A stretch of DNA of 62,954 nt, filler included, from Saprolegnia diclina VS20 (Eukaryota): assembly GCF_000281045.1 (NCBI RefSeq). It is 5 parts of 4 records of this genome, joined end to end, with 100 filler letters (N's around TTAATTAATTAA, not from the genome) between each part and the next. Parts side by side here need not be neighbours in the genome. Positions count along the whole stretch, not along the records: positions 16,939 to 42,589 come from NW_008246205.1; positions 42,690 to 50,165 come from NW_008246205.1; 3 more parts are not named here. One strand, 5' to 3'. The notes under the pieces are model-generated. The model made no database searches, was not told the origin of the DNA, and was given only the letters and a program-made list of their open reading frames with translations. This document shows positions 34,375 to 46,109 of this stretch, one piece after another (position 1 is the stretch's first letter; each line of letters begins with the position of its first letter). The translations under genes and the position numbers were made by a program.

Positions 34375-34422
34375 GCCATGCGAGCCGTCGTACCGTCATA
34401 GGACGACGTCGCTCGGCATGGC
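34375..34422 (+). promoter_or_regulatory. Strong 3'-UTR stem-loop immediately after the SelK UGA/stop
   Basis: GCCATGC/GCATGGC, GAGC/GCTC, CGTCGT/ACGACG and CC/GG stacked helices. Confidence 0.6.
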
Positions 34423-34444
34423 AGTCGTACTCGCAAAGCGCGCA

Positions 34445-34525
34445 GGGATATGAAGCAGCCGAATGACTCGACGTGGCGAAACCATCCCGCTATGGTGCCA
34501 CGTGGACGAAAGTGCTCCATCTTCC
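34445..34525 (+). promoter_or_regulatory. Eukaryotic form-2 SECIS element
   Basis: AUGA core at 34463-34466; helix II UCGACGUGGC/GCCACGUGGA (9 of 10 paired); unpaired AAA; apical minihelix CCAU/AUGG; GA at 34508-34509; helix I AUGAAGCA/UGCUCCAU. Confidence 0.85.
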
Positions 34526-34736
34526 AGAGACGCATCCGACTCGAACCAGGGACACGGCGTCCAAGCCCACTGGTTGGATCCACGAATGTCTCTTCTTAAT
34601 CCACATAATCCCACGCCTTTGCAGTCTCGTACCATGTCCTAGCTGCGACGTAGGGGACGAAAATTGTAATTGTGTGTTATATAATCCGGCGCCGTCATCG
34701 TCGTCGTCGTTAATTTGTACGTCATGTGCGGCTTCT

Positions 34737-35714
34737 CTATCTCTTGGTCTTGGCCCGCTTGGCGTGGCCCTTGGTGACGTTCTTGAGCTTGCGCTTCTTC
34801 GTCTTGGTCGGGTCCTCCTCGCCGGTCGAGGCCTTGGCCTTGCCCTTGTTCTCTTCGCGGCCAAGCACGTGGTTGAGCACATGCATCGAGCGCTCCTTCT
34901 CCGTCTTCTCGGCGCCCGTGACGCTCAAAAACTTGTTGCGCTTGCCCGTCTGCTTGCGCTCGGCCTCGCCCGTGCGCATCTTGTCGAACTTGCCCATGGA
35001 CGCGGTCGAGAACTGAACCTTCTGGAGCGCCGCCTTCGTGCCCTCCTTGCCGCGCTGCTTCATCTTCTTGTCGGACGTGTTGAGCATCTCGACGGGGATG
35101 CCGACAGGCGTCGCCTTGGGCACCGGCACCGACGGCTGCATGCCACCCGCACGCTTGACGTTGGCGGCCTGGTTGCGCAGGTTCTTCTGGACGCGCTCGT
35201 TCTTGGCCTGCTTGCGCTCGGTCCACGGGTCGGCGAACGGGTCGTCGTTTTTCTTGACGGGCACCGCCCAGTCCTGCATGTCGTCGTTCGCGCGCTTGTA
35301 GCCCCAGCGCGGCGCCCACGCTTGCTTGGCTTCGTCCCAGACCATGCGGTCCTTCTTCTTGTTGTCGACGCCCTTCTCGCGTGCGTACTTTTCCCAGCGC
35401 GTCTCCGGCTTGGGCTTGGGCAGCGGCTTCTCGCGCGGAATGACCGTCGTGCCCGTCGGCAGCTGCGCCATCGGGCCCATGTCGGTCATCTGACGCGGCA
35501 GCTCAAAGATCTGGTTGATGAGCAGCTGGACGTTGTCGCGCGCGCTCGCCTTGAGCTCCTTCTCGTCGGACGCGTTCTTGACGCTGAACGGGTGCGTGTC
35601 AAAGGCCGCGAGGTTGCCGAGGTCGTAGCTCAGATCGTCGGCCTTGGCGACGACGCTGCTGCGCGCGCCCTCCGAGTAGGCGGCCGGCGCGATCTCCGCT
35701 GCTTTGATGGCCAT
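34737..35714 (-). CDS. RRS1: Ribosome biogenesis regulatory protein RRS1
   Basis: YDLGNLAAFD, ARDNVQLLINQIFELP, IPREKPLPKPKPETRWEKYA, WAPRWGYK, STASMGKFD. Confidence 0.96.
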   Translation of the reverse strand: MAIKAAEIAPAAYSEGARSSVVAKADDLSYDLGNLAAFDTHPFSVKNASDEKELKASARDNVQLLINQIFELPRQMTDMGPMAQLPTGTTVIPREKPLPKPKPETRWEKYAREKGVDNKKKDRMVWDEAKQAWAPRWGYKRANDDMQDWAVPVKKNDDPFADPWTERKQAKNERVQKNLRNQAANVKRAGGMQPSVPVPKATPVGIPVEMLNTSDKKMKQRGKEGTKAALQKVQFSTASMGKFDKMRTGEAERKQTGKRNKFLSVTGAEKTEKERSMHVLNHVLGREENKGKAKASTGEEDPTKTKKRKLKNVTKGHAKRAKTKR

Positions 35715-36606
35715 AACTTGGACTTTGGCAACTTGTAAGCGCCACCGAAATCGCCAACCCAAATCGATTGGTCCAAACTCAGAGGGTTAAAAATAGAAAG
35801 CCTCTGATATTATATAATTATTCCCATCAAACGTTGAGGTATATGCAAATAGAGAGGTATTCGTGGACACCGATGGATAAAAACACCCAATGGCGCGCGT
35901 CCCGCTGGAGCTGTAAGCACACTGGCAAACGTCACCGAGGCAGGCTCTACGTACTATGTATTTAGGTTCCATACCAAGCTGATGGGTCTACGCTCCAAGG
36001 GTTTTGTACGAGATAGAATACGACTTGACCTGCAGTAAGGAGATCCCTTGGGCGTCGACATCCCTTTCCATGCGGTCGACCGATTTACTCTTGGGTACCT
36101 TGACGACTAGTAGATCAACGTTGGCTCAACGCGCCAGCAATGAAAAATGTGTGAGGTAACTTGATCCCACCGACTTCAACTGAATGACAGTCTGTACCTG
36201 GTCGTCGATCCGTTGGATCTCATTTAACAGACCAAGCAGCTTGGCACCGTCAAGGTACACTAGACCACTGACTAGACCACGGGCCATTAGATACTAACTC
36301 TTTCGAGACGCTAAACGCGTGGAAAAGTTGGCAGTATAAACCAGTTTCCAGAGCGTTCACGAAGCGTGTCGCACCGCTGGCGTCCTCAGCCGTGCCACAG
36401 CCGCAAGGCGACGTTGCCGGCAACCTCTACGCGATCCTTGTCTGTGTAATTCTACGTCGATGCACCAAGCGGCTGCGCTAATACCTCGAGCGCTGGGACA
36501 GCATTTCGCGGGCGAACTAAATTGCGTGTTTTTAAAGCTGCCGTATTTTTGCACCTGGGATCTGTGGCAGCACATTTCCGATCGACCGAGCTGGGACAAG
36601 CCGAAG

Positions 36607-39113
36607 ATGAGCCGCCACCGCAACTTCCGCAACCGCGCCTACTCGTACGATGACGAAGGTACGCGCTGCCAGCACTCGCCAGCCATGAGGCCACGGCGGC
36701 CATGTAGAGTACGACGAGGACTATTATGACGAGGAGCCGTACTCGCCCAACTCGCGTAAGATCGCAGCATGCTCGCCTCGTACTAGCGCCACGCCGTAGA
36801 GGCTCATCTGTACCGGCGCGACTCGCCGACCAAGTCTGTCTTTTCTTTCCTCGAGCAGCAGCCCAAGGACACCGAGGCCTTTGACGACTCGGGTACATGT
36901 GGCAGCATGAATGCTCCTCTCGACGAATTTGCCGCCTCGTAGAGCTCATCCAGCCGATTCTGGACCAAATCAAGCGCACGTTTGACGTTGGCGTCATGCC
37001 GCATGCGACGCTCGTCGAGCAAGTTCGCAGCAACAACTACGACGTCGATAAGACGGTGATCGCGCTCATGGAGCTCAAGAAGAAGACGACGTCCATGACT
37101 GCAGGTACGCATCCCTTCCTCCACGTCGTCAACATGTCACAAAACCTCTAACGATACACTGTACAGTCGCGAGCTTACCCAAGCAGATTGTGATCCCGCG
37201 CCTCGAGACGCTCGCCCTCGACGAGCCCAAGGCCAAGGCCGCACCGGGTATACCCATCATCGAACGCATTCATCATTCATTGCATGGACGGCGTAGCACC
37301 CAAGAAGGTCGAAGCGCAGCCGGTGGCTTCGTCCTCGAACGCGGCACTCGTTGGCTACCAGCTCACGCCGACGGAGCGGGCGGCGTTTGAGAAGGCGGAG
37401 AAGGCGAGCCAGGACAAGTGTCTTGGCGCCATGACGGCCGAAGCCGACGCCAAGCACAAGATCAGCATGGTCGTGATCGGACACGTGGACGCGGGCAAGA
37501 GCACGATCACGGGCCACCTCCTCTTCAGCCTCGGCTACGTGAGCAAGCAGGTCATGCACAAGTACGAGAAGCAGTCGCGCGAGGCCGGCAAGTCGTCGTT
37601 TGCATTTGCGTGGGTCATGGACGCCGACGAGGAAGAGGTATCTCTATCCTGCCCCGGGGCGCAGCTTCATTACCATGGTTGCGTAGCGCCTGCGCGGTGT
37701 CACCATGGATGTCGGCACATCGTACTTTCAGACCGCAACCAAGCACGTGACGCTGCTCGATGCCCCGGGGCACCGTGACTTTATCCCGAAGATGATTGCC
37801 GGCGCGTCGCAAGCCGATGTCGCCGTCCTCGTTGTGCCTGCGTCGACGGGCGAGTTTGAAGGCGCGTTCATGAAGGACGGCCAAACCAAGGAGCACACGC
37901 TGCTCGTGCGCAGCCTCGGCGTGACGCAGCTCATCGTCGCTGTCAACAAGATGGATTCGGTGCCGCCTCGTAAACTTTATATTCGTATTCTTAAGCTGTC
38001 TAGATCAATTGGGCCAAAGACCGCTTCGATTTCATCGTCGAGACGCTCACGGCGTTCCTCCAGCAGTCGGGCTTCAAGCTTGACCAGTTGCGGTATATTT
38101 GCTCAATTCTTTTTGTATTTTCACACTTTGAAATGCTGTAGCTTTGTGCCGGTGAGCGGTCTCTCGGGTGGAAACCTCATTGCGCCGCTACCCGCGACCG
38201 ACTGCGCGTGGTACAAGGGCCCGACGCTCGTGGGGGCCATCGGTACGATTTGGATGTAGTTTCAGCCAAATTTTATAAGCAAATTTGCCTAGATGGCTTT
38301 TACCCGCCCCAGCGCCCGGTCACCAAGCCGTTCCGCATGGGGATTTCGGATATCTCCAAGTCGATGAGCCTCGGGCAGACGGTGTCGGGCCGCATCTATA
38401 CGGGCGCCGTCTCGACCGGCGACACGGTACTTGTGACTTGAGATCTCGCAGATGCCTTATAGATGTATGTAGCTGCTCTTGATGCCGGGTGGTCTCCGTC
38501 TCACGGTCAAGGGTAGACATCTCTATCGTATCTGAAACGACAGTGCATTTGTGGTTAGGGATGGAGCAGAACGGCGGGTCGATTCTCATGGCGTCGGCTG
38601 GCGACAATGTCGATTTGGGCGTCACCGGCATCGACCCGAGTGCACTGAGGTACTACGATCGACTCTTTTGTATTTACGTTGAATTCGGTTTCTTTATGTA
38701 GCGTCGGCAACATTCTCTGTTCGGTCGCGTCGCCCATCAAGGTGATTTATCCACTAAAGTACAAAGGGTTAGGAAATATGAATTAGCTCGTGCGCCGCTT
38801 TGAGGCGCAGATCATGACCATGCCGGGGGTCGAAGTGCCGCTTGTCAAGGGCGCGTACATGACGTTCCACATCCACAGCATCGACGAGCCGGTCAACATT
38901 ACGCGGCTCGTGAGTCTCTTGAAGAAGTCGGGCGAAGTCGAAAAGAAGAAGCCGCGCTGCATCACACGCAACTGCTCGGCCGTCGTGCAAATCACGTGCA
39001 CGCGGCCCATTTGCCTCGAGCTCTTTGCCGACTTTCGCCAGCTCGGCCGCTTTACGCTGCGCGACCGTGGCGCGACGCTCGCCGCCGGCATCATCACCGA
39101 GATCCTCGCATAA
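36607..39113 (+). CDS. HBS1L: HBS1-like translational GTPase, multi-exon
   Basis: N-terminal [55 protein letters not shown]. Confidence 0.93.
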
Positions 39114-39989
39114 GAATGTCTTTGCTGCCACTTGGTTCAATACAACAACAGCCTGCATCCATGCGCCTCCCCACCTTCATGTTAGATCAGCAGTAGCAGC
39201 AGAGACAACGGGTGGTCGCTCCTCGGTACAACTGCAAGGTTTCGGCCGACATAGATCGCAAGGAAGGCGGCAAGGTCGGCCTCGGATGACAGCTTGGCAC
39301 TGGCGACTCTAGTCGTACTGGTCGAAATAGCCCTCGCACAAATTATGGCTAGCTAGTCACAGTCGGGACATGGTTCCGTCAATCGGCAGACACCGAGCGG
39401 CCTTGTGGCCCTTTGCCAAGCCACCAGCATGACCGCCATCCGGTTGACTACATGTCTGCGGCCACCGCTTGCCTCTTGTCGCCTCTACAAGCAGCTCTGC
39501 GATCGCACTGAAATGGAATTGCTCAGCACCAGCAGTCAAGACGGCGTGGCGTCAACGCTCAGTGCGCCTTGGCCCTCGATGTGAATGGGACAGTCGCTGG
39601 TCCGAGCTGGAACTGATAAGCATGGCAAGCATCTCAACGGCTACCGTCGACCAAACCAAGCGATTTGAAGGACGACGGTTTGTCCCTCGAAATGTATTCG
39701 GACAACAGTCTCTTCTTGCTCCCGTTGGTGCCCGCTTCTACGATCCCCGCCCGAACGGCTCCACCCAGAAGGACATCGTCATCGAGGTCGCATCGTCGTT
39801 AAAGGTCACAAGTCAACTTTGGTGCCAACCAATCAGTGCCTCGATGAATTGCATGCGAAACACAGTCCATCATCAAATGCAACGTGGGTGGGGTAGCGAA
39901 TGACTACAGGGCGGGGACCGTCAGAATGGGCTGATACCCCAGCCAAATCGCAAGAAAGACGACCCTCTTTGAGCTCGTGAGAGTGCGGA

Positions 39990-40507
39990 CGGCGGCACCG
40001 TCCAATGCGCCGCGAAATTCGGGACGATGGGAGGCGAGACATGCTTCCTTCGTTTGCGCATGTGTTCAAGTGAGTACTCCAAGGTTTGAGCGTCAGAACC
40101 GAGAGCGCGTGGCAGCTCCTCAACGTTCGTCTTCTGGGCCAAAACCTGGAATCTTCATGTCGAACCAATACATCTCGTCCAAGTTGGTCCAGGTTCTGAT
40201 CAAGATGATGAGTGTCGCCGTCCAGCGAGACGTCATCCAGCGTCAGCACCCGCAAGGACGGCAAGTCAGTGATCGCGAGCACAGGCATTGCCACCTCCAG
40301 GCTGCCGTGTCGGAGCACGAACTCTTGCAGCAGCGGCATCTTGGCAAGATACGGAAGGAGGCCGCTGAGCTCGACAAAACACCGTGCTTCGAGGCGCGTG
40401 AGCTTGGGGAGGTCGAGCAAATGGCGAGTGCCCTTCAGGATGTGGGGACATGACACTTTGTGCCTTTTAAAATCGAAGAGGACAAGAAAAAGGAAGAGTT
40501 CAACCAT
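39990..40507 (-). pseudogene. Fragment of an LRR/RNI-like lineage-expanded gene
   Basis: HLLDLPKLTRLE..LLPYLAKMPLLQEFVL..LPSLRVLTLD resembles the middle of 42861-44354; no proper start, and the frame breaks downstream. Confidence 0.45.
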
Positions 40508-40633
40508 CGACAGGCGCGATCAATGACCGCTTCGTCGTGGTGGGCGTCCCACTGGCAGTGATACCATCACGATTCAAGCTTCATTTCATATACAAAATTC
40601 AATGAAGGCAAGACGGAAGAAAACACTGGTATT

Positions 40634-41400
40634 CATATCGACGTGCCGACACACGCCGCCTCGCTGGCGTGGTACACGACCAAGAAGCTCGGTAGCCTTC
40701 TTGACGACGCGGCCAATTTGCGCGCCTGGAAGCGACTAGCGACAGCGGCGTTCAACAACATGTGGAAGATCTGGATGCGGCGAGGCCTCAACTCGGAATG
40801 CACCCGTGTGCGGATTTTACAAGTGCTACGTTCTCCCAGTCCTTTTGTACAACTGCGGCACGTGACCTCTGACGCCAACCAGCCTCGCGGGCCTTGACAG
40901 CTTCCATCACCGGCAGCTGCGTGGTCTGCCCTGGATCTTCCACCCGAACACGCTTGCCGACGTCGCGCTCTACAAACGCTGCGACAGCGAACCGTTTGAA
41001 TACGATCATCCCCCGCCAGCGTTGGCAGGGTCGCGACGTCCCGGCCAACGTGGCTGCGGACCGCTTCTTTGCCCCATCCGAGGCGCCCCGTTTCTTGGGC
41101 ACACCAAGATCACGCTGCCGATCGTCCTGCACCGCGACCTCCAGTCGATGACGCCGCCTCAGTCGCTGGCGTCTCCCGACGGCCTTGACAAACTGCGTAG
41201 CTTTGCCGCCGACCGCGACGCCTGGAAAGATTGTACCGACTGTGTCGTCCAGTGCCTCACCCGCGGCCACAAGCGTCGTAGGGCGACGACAGAAGAGCCA
41301 GACGAGCCCCGCGCCGCCGCCTGCGCAGCCACGGCCGTCGAGCGAATGAAGAAGAAGCAGCTCTTATTGGCAATCAGCCAATGCCTGATCTCGAAAAATC
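40634..41400 (+). mobile_element. 5'-truncated RTE-clade LINE relic (post-RT C-terminal region)
   Basis: KLGSLL..LATAAFNNMWKIW..TRVRI, then PVLLYNCGT*PLT..LDSFHHRQLR..ALYKRC..P (stop at 40863 where W is expected), then LDKLRSFAADRDAWK. Confidence 0.72.
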
Positions 41401-42589
41401 GATAAGCCAATGCCCATTCTCTAAATATCGAGCAGCCAATGATGCCTAGTCTTCTTTAACGCATCAATCGATGACGCGCAAGCAACATGCATGGCATGGT
41501 GCTGCCTTCGTCAAAGACTAGCATTAGATAACATCGATCAATATTAGCCACTGCTATGCTACATCCAACAATGTATGGGATATGTGACTGCAATTGTACG
41601 CGTGTGGTGTGGCACCGCGCAGAGTTGCCAGGTCTAGGGGTTTCGGGATCGCGCGCTGCCAATGTCGCTCCAAGCTGTCATCGAGAGTCGTAGTCGCGTA
41701 GTGGTCGCAAAGACGTGGGAGCTCATCGAGCTCGGTGACGGAAATGTCGTCTCGTACGACGCTACTCGTTGCGCTCGCTTGGCCGCCGCGCGATAGAAGC
41801 GCGCGTGGCTAGCACACTACGACAGACAAGCATGGCCAGCGATTGAGGTCGCACACACGAGCGTGCATCGTCGGCCGCTTGCCGCCGAGCTGCGGCAGTA
41901 CATAGCCCTTTAACCAAAAATCGACCAATGCCAGGTCTCTATTCCACCTAATCCTACGAGGTCGTCCCACGAGTCATGGGACGACCCATATGCTAAATGA
42001 ATCTAATTTAATATCTCGTGAGTTTCGTTTAGCAAAGGGGGTTGCATTGAATATCAGTCTCAGCGAAGCGCAAATACAATAATGACTTGCACAGATCGTA
42101 GACCGACGTGTTGGGGGGGTGTATATCATCGTGTGGGACCCATTAAATCATGGAATACGAAGGCTAACCGAGTTTGTATGGATAGTCTGGGATCCTATGG
42201 CATGGTGGCCAACGTTGACGATCACACATGTATCGGGCTGTCCGGCGGTTTCGTTACCTAAATATGGCAAAACGCCAATATTAGGCATTGTTGCAGCCGC
42301 ACGTCAAATTACATTGTCATTGGCTACAAACATCAATACGTTTTATTCATTTGGATTCATTATTAATAGCCAATCAAATGCCGACTTGGCCAAAAAAGCT
42401 TCTTCGTGAAACCCCAAATCGCCGCCATCTTGAAATACACGCTAGACAACCACCCTTTTCAACACCATCTTGATTTCGTGCATTGTCGTTCTCTCTCGTC
42501 ACTGTAGAAAGACGGGAATGTGGCTGCAAAGGCTGCACGCGTACGCGCTCGGACTCGCTTCGTTCGCCGTCGTGCTCGTCGTGCTCTAC

Positions 42590-42689
42590 NNNNNNNNNNN
42601 NNNNNNNNNNNNNNNNNNNNNNNNNNNNNNNNNTTAATTAATTAANNNNNNNNNNNNNNNNNNNNNNNNNNNNNNNNNNNNNNNNNNNN
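42590..42689. other. Artificial contig linker N44-TTAATTAATTAA-N44
   Basis: Same six-frame stop spacer. Confidence 0.97.

Positions 42690-42784
<95 letters not shown>
42690..42784. repeat. (CTAT)n microsatellite
   Basis: Perfect array at the start of a contig. Confidence 0.99.
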
Positions 42785-42860
42785 GGTCGAGCAAAGCACG
42801 TCTCTCAAACATAACATCCGGCTAAACGACCGCAAAATCCGGATAAATGGCACATGGAGA

Positions 42861-44354
42861 ATGGCAGCAAAGCGACCGAGCCCGTCGCCAGCGTCGGTGC
42901 TCGACATCATTCAAGTGCTCGTCTCCATCGTCCAATGTACGCTGTCGCCCTCGGACGTAGCATCCTTTCTGCACGCGCTGCCACCAGCTACATTGACGCC
43001 ACCGCTCGCAGCCCTCGTCCAGCTCCTCAGCTCCCAGGAGCCATCGAGTGTCTGGCCGATGCCAAACCTCTGTGACGTCAACGATACTCGGGCTGCTAAA
43101 AACACTCTGGTTACTGCCATGCCCGTCTTCCACTCAATGTCCATCGGTCGCTTCTCGCAACACAACATTGTGTTTCCGATCACGGGCATCAGCTTTGACG
43201 CCCCATTTTGCCGCTTTGTCGCCAACTGGGCAACCAAGGTGACGCACGTTCAGCTTCTCAAGAGCCCTACCACAGACCAGCGCGAGGCGTGCTACAGCGT
43301 GCTGCGGCAGTGCACGAACCTCCAGCACGCGTTTCTTCCGTGTGAGACGCCGCTTCTCGACGCCATCACGACGCCGGCCCACCGCGTGTCCGACCTTCGG
43401 CTCAATCTCACTTCCAACAAAAGCGCTTATACGTCTGACGTTGTGCCGGCCATCGAGCGCTGGCTTGCGTCGGGCTACGCGCGGCACTTGGCGCTCACAT
43501 GGCTAACGACACCCGATGCTCGTCTTGCGCAGGTTCTAGCGTCGTCGACGCCCTCAGACCTCGCGTTGTGTGTTTCTCCCGGTGTGGTTCAGAGCCTCGT
43601 CGCGAATGGCATCGCATTGACACATCTCAAGAAGCTTGATCTCACCTGCGGCTCGAGTGCGCGTACGGCAGATGGGTTTCGCCACCTTGCTCCGGTCCTC
43701 GACCTCCCAAACCTCAAGGAGCTCACACTCGAAAGCAAACGCGACGGCGCGTACTGTATGCTTGTACTGCCGAGCATGGTATCGCTCCAAGACCTCTCAC
43801 TCTGCGCCGTCGACCTCACCGAAGGAGAAATGGCTCCCTTATATGGCCCATATGTGCTTTGTCGCGCTCGTTTTGACTACGTCAATTTCTCAACAGCGAG
43901 CTTCGGCGCCGTGCTAGACTGGGCCCTTCGCTCCCCGCAGCTCGAATCGATTGCGTGGTCGAGCTGCAGCCACATCGAAAAACGTATCGACCAAGCGGCT
44001 CGTGCGATGCAGCAGTGTATCGCGGCCGGTGTGCGCCACTTAAGCTTTCGGCACTGCAATATCAACCGCACGAACGTTACGGTGCTTGCGGACGCCTTGG
44101 CAGGCACATGCGCCCGAGAACCGTTCGAGATGGACCTCTCTTTCAACACATTCACGGTCCTTGGACAACGCTACCTCACAGCTGCGCTGGCAACATGTAC
44201 GAACATCACGATCCGCTTGGAAGGTCAAGTGTCCAAGTACTTTGCGGACGAGGATCAAGTACATGCCACGGAGATCAGCGTCGCCATCCGCTGCGAAGGT
44301 CTTTGCATCTATGTCTGCAGTCCCACACCACCTTCGTCGTCGACGTCCGCCTAA
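42861..44354 (+). CDS. Intronless LRR/RNI-like protein, 497 aa (lineage-expanded family)
   Basis: Long ORF with LTHLKKLDL, LPNLKELTL, LQDLSL, VRHLSFRHCNI and MDLSFNTF repeats. Confidence 0.75.
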   Translation: MAAKRPSPSPASVLDIIQVLVSIVQCTLSPSDVASFLHALPPATLTPPLAALVQLLSSQEPSSVWPMPNLCDVNDTRAAKNTLVTAMPVFHSMSIGRFSQHNIVFPITGISFDAPFCRFVANWATKVTHVQLLKSPTTDQREACYSVLRQCTNLQHAFLPCETPLLDAITTPAHRVSDLRLNLTSNKSAYTSDVVPAIERWLASGYARHLALTWLTTPDARLAQVLASSTPSDLALCVSPGVVQSLVANGIALTHLKKLDLTCGSSARTADGFRHLAPVLDLPNLKELTLESKRDGAYCMLVLPSMVSLQDLSLCAVDLTEGEMAPLYGPYVLCRARFDYVNFSTASFGAVLDWALRSPQLESIAWSSCSHIEKRIDQAARAMQQCIAAGVRHLSFRHCNINRTNVTVLADALAGTCAREPFEMDLSFNTFTVLGQRYLTAALATCTNITIRLEGQVSKYFADEDQVHATEISVAIRCEGLCIYVCSPTPPSSSTSA

Positions 44355-44593
44355 GTGGTCGACAGTAATCGAACAGAACTCGTACGTGCGCTGCTGCAGG
44401 CGGACGTCGTTGGCATGTGCCATTACGTTCAACACTTGGTATCAGCAGTGCCAGCTACGTTAGAGGTGCCACTGCCTTCGATACGAAAGTACGCTTTCCC
44501 TCAGTGCACATTGTTACGGGTGTGTACTAGTATGTAAGTATCAGGTGGTCGACTTCAGGCGCGAACGCTTGGTCTGTTCGCGAGAAAAAGCAT

Positions 44594-45752
44594 CTAAGCC
44601 GCCGACGCCGACGGGCCTTCTTCAACGAGCGTAAACTGGTCGAGGCTCTTCTCGATCGCGTCCATTTGCTTGCGTATCGAACGGCGGCGGCCCTTGCCCT
44701 TGGGTCCTTCGTGCTGCGACAGCGTGGCCTCGAGCGCCGCGTGTTTCGCGACGAGCTCGTCGCTGCTGCCGTCACCCATCCACGCGTGGTCGCCGCAGAG
44801 CACTTGGATGCGCTTGGCTGCCTTGGCTTCGACGCAGCCGTCGCAGAGCAGCACGTGCGTCCGGCAGTAGGCGCAGCGCGTGCCCGAGACCGCGTCGTGC
44901 GCGTCATCGCACGCACTGCACTTGCCGACGACCGCGTCGTTGCGGGATGCCATCGCGACCCCTACACGTGATATAAGTCTTCCTTTTCATACTTGAGCTT
45001 GGACGTACGTTGGTCAAACACAAAGTTTTTCCCGAGGAAATGCCCGCCGTCCGGGAACGTTTCCAAGTAGCGGTGTATACCTCCCTCGAGCTGGTACACG
45101 TTCTCCAAGCCGAGGTGCCGGAGGTACGCGGACGCCTTCTCGCAGCGAATGCCGCCCGTGCAGTACATCAAGATCGCGCTCTTCGCTTGCAGCTGCGGCA
45201 GCGTCTCGCGGACCCAGACGGGAAACTGGCCAAAGCGGCGCGTGCGCGGGTTCAGCGCGCCCTGAAAGTGACCAATGCTAGCACGGTCCATGACGACAAA
45301 GCTACGAGGAAGGAGCCCGACACGTACTTGTACTCATAGTCGTTGCGGACGTCAATGACGGCAACGTTGTCGGTCGTGAGCTTGGCGTCAAAGTCGGTCG
45401 GCGAGAGGTGCTGCGCCGTACCGCGCACGTGGCACATGTCATCGGGCAGCTCGATGGACACGATCTCCTTGGTGCGGCGGATGAGGAGGTCGTCGAACGG
45501 CAAGGCCTCGGCGGCGCTTCGCTTCCAGTCGATGGCCAAGCCGCCGAACGCGGCCGACGCCTCCATGGCCGCGATGTAGGCGTCGATCGCCGCCGCCGGC
45601 CCGCCGAGCGTCCCGTTGATGCCTTCCTCGGCAATGCGCACGCGACCGTGCAGGCCAAGCGCACCGCAGAAGCGCTCGTGCCACGCGGCCACGTCATCGG
45701 CCTCGGTCGCAGAGAGCGCCGCGTACTTGTAGTAGAGCAATACGTCGCACAT
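44594..45752 (-). CDS. Rhodanese-domain protein, TrhO/UPF0176/TSTD2-like, 3 exons
   Basis: VLLYYKY, GRVRIAEEGINGT, IDVRNDYE, IGHFQGA, MYCTGGIRCEKAS, YQLEGGIHRYL, GKNFVFDQR and Cys-rich C-terminus. Confidence 0.92.
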
Positions 45753-46109
45753 CGCCAATCACAAAATTGATGCGCGTATCCGGATGTATATGCGTCATCC
45801 AATATCGGCATGGGAGAGGCGCGCTTTCATGTATTGGATATCCAACGTCACCCCATAACGTTACGTGGCGCCGCCACGTACAATCGACCGATCCATGGGC
45901 CTTCCCACCATTTTCGAGCGCGGACAATTGCGGGCGACCGCATACTGTACTCGGGAAGAGAACAACGCATGGTATAAGCTTCGTCTGCTGTACCGAAGCC
46001 GACGCTCAACCCTGTGCAGCAAGGTAGAAGGAGGGGCTCGGCTGCGGACAGTCTCGGCGCATGTGATTCGGACTCGAGCATCACACACCATACATTACTC
46101 TCGGCTTAC

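Noticed and set aside
40863..40865. In-frame TGA in the RTE-like frame as a second Sec or recoded Trp codon
   Set aside because: Lies in a frameshifted retroelement relic; a TGG-to-TGA mutation explains it, and I noticed no SECIS nearby.
42518..42589. Possible start of a membrane protein gene (MWLQRLHAYALGLASFAVVLVVLY)
   Set aside because: Only 24 codons before the contig end; too little to call.
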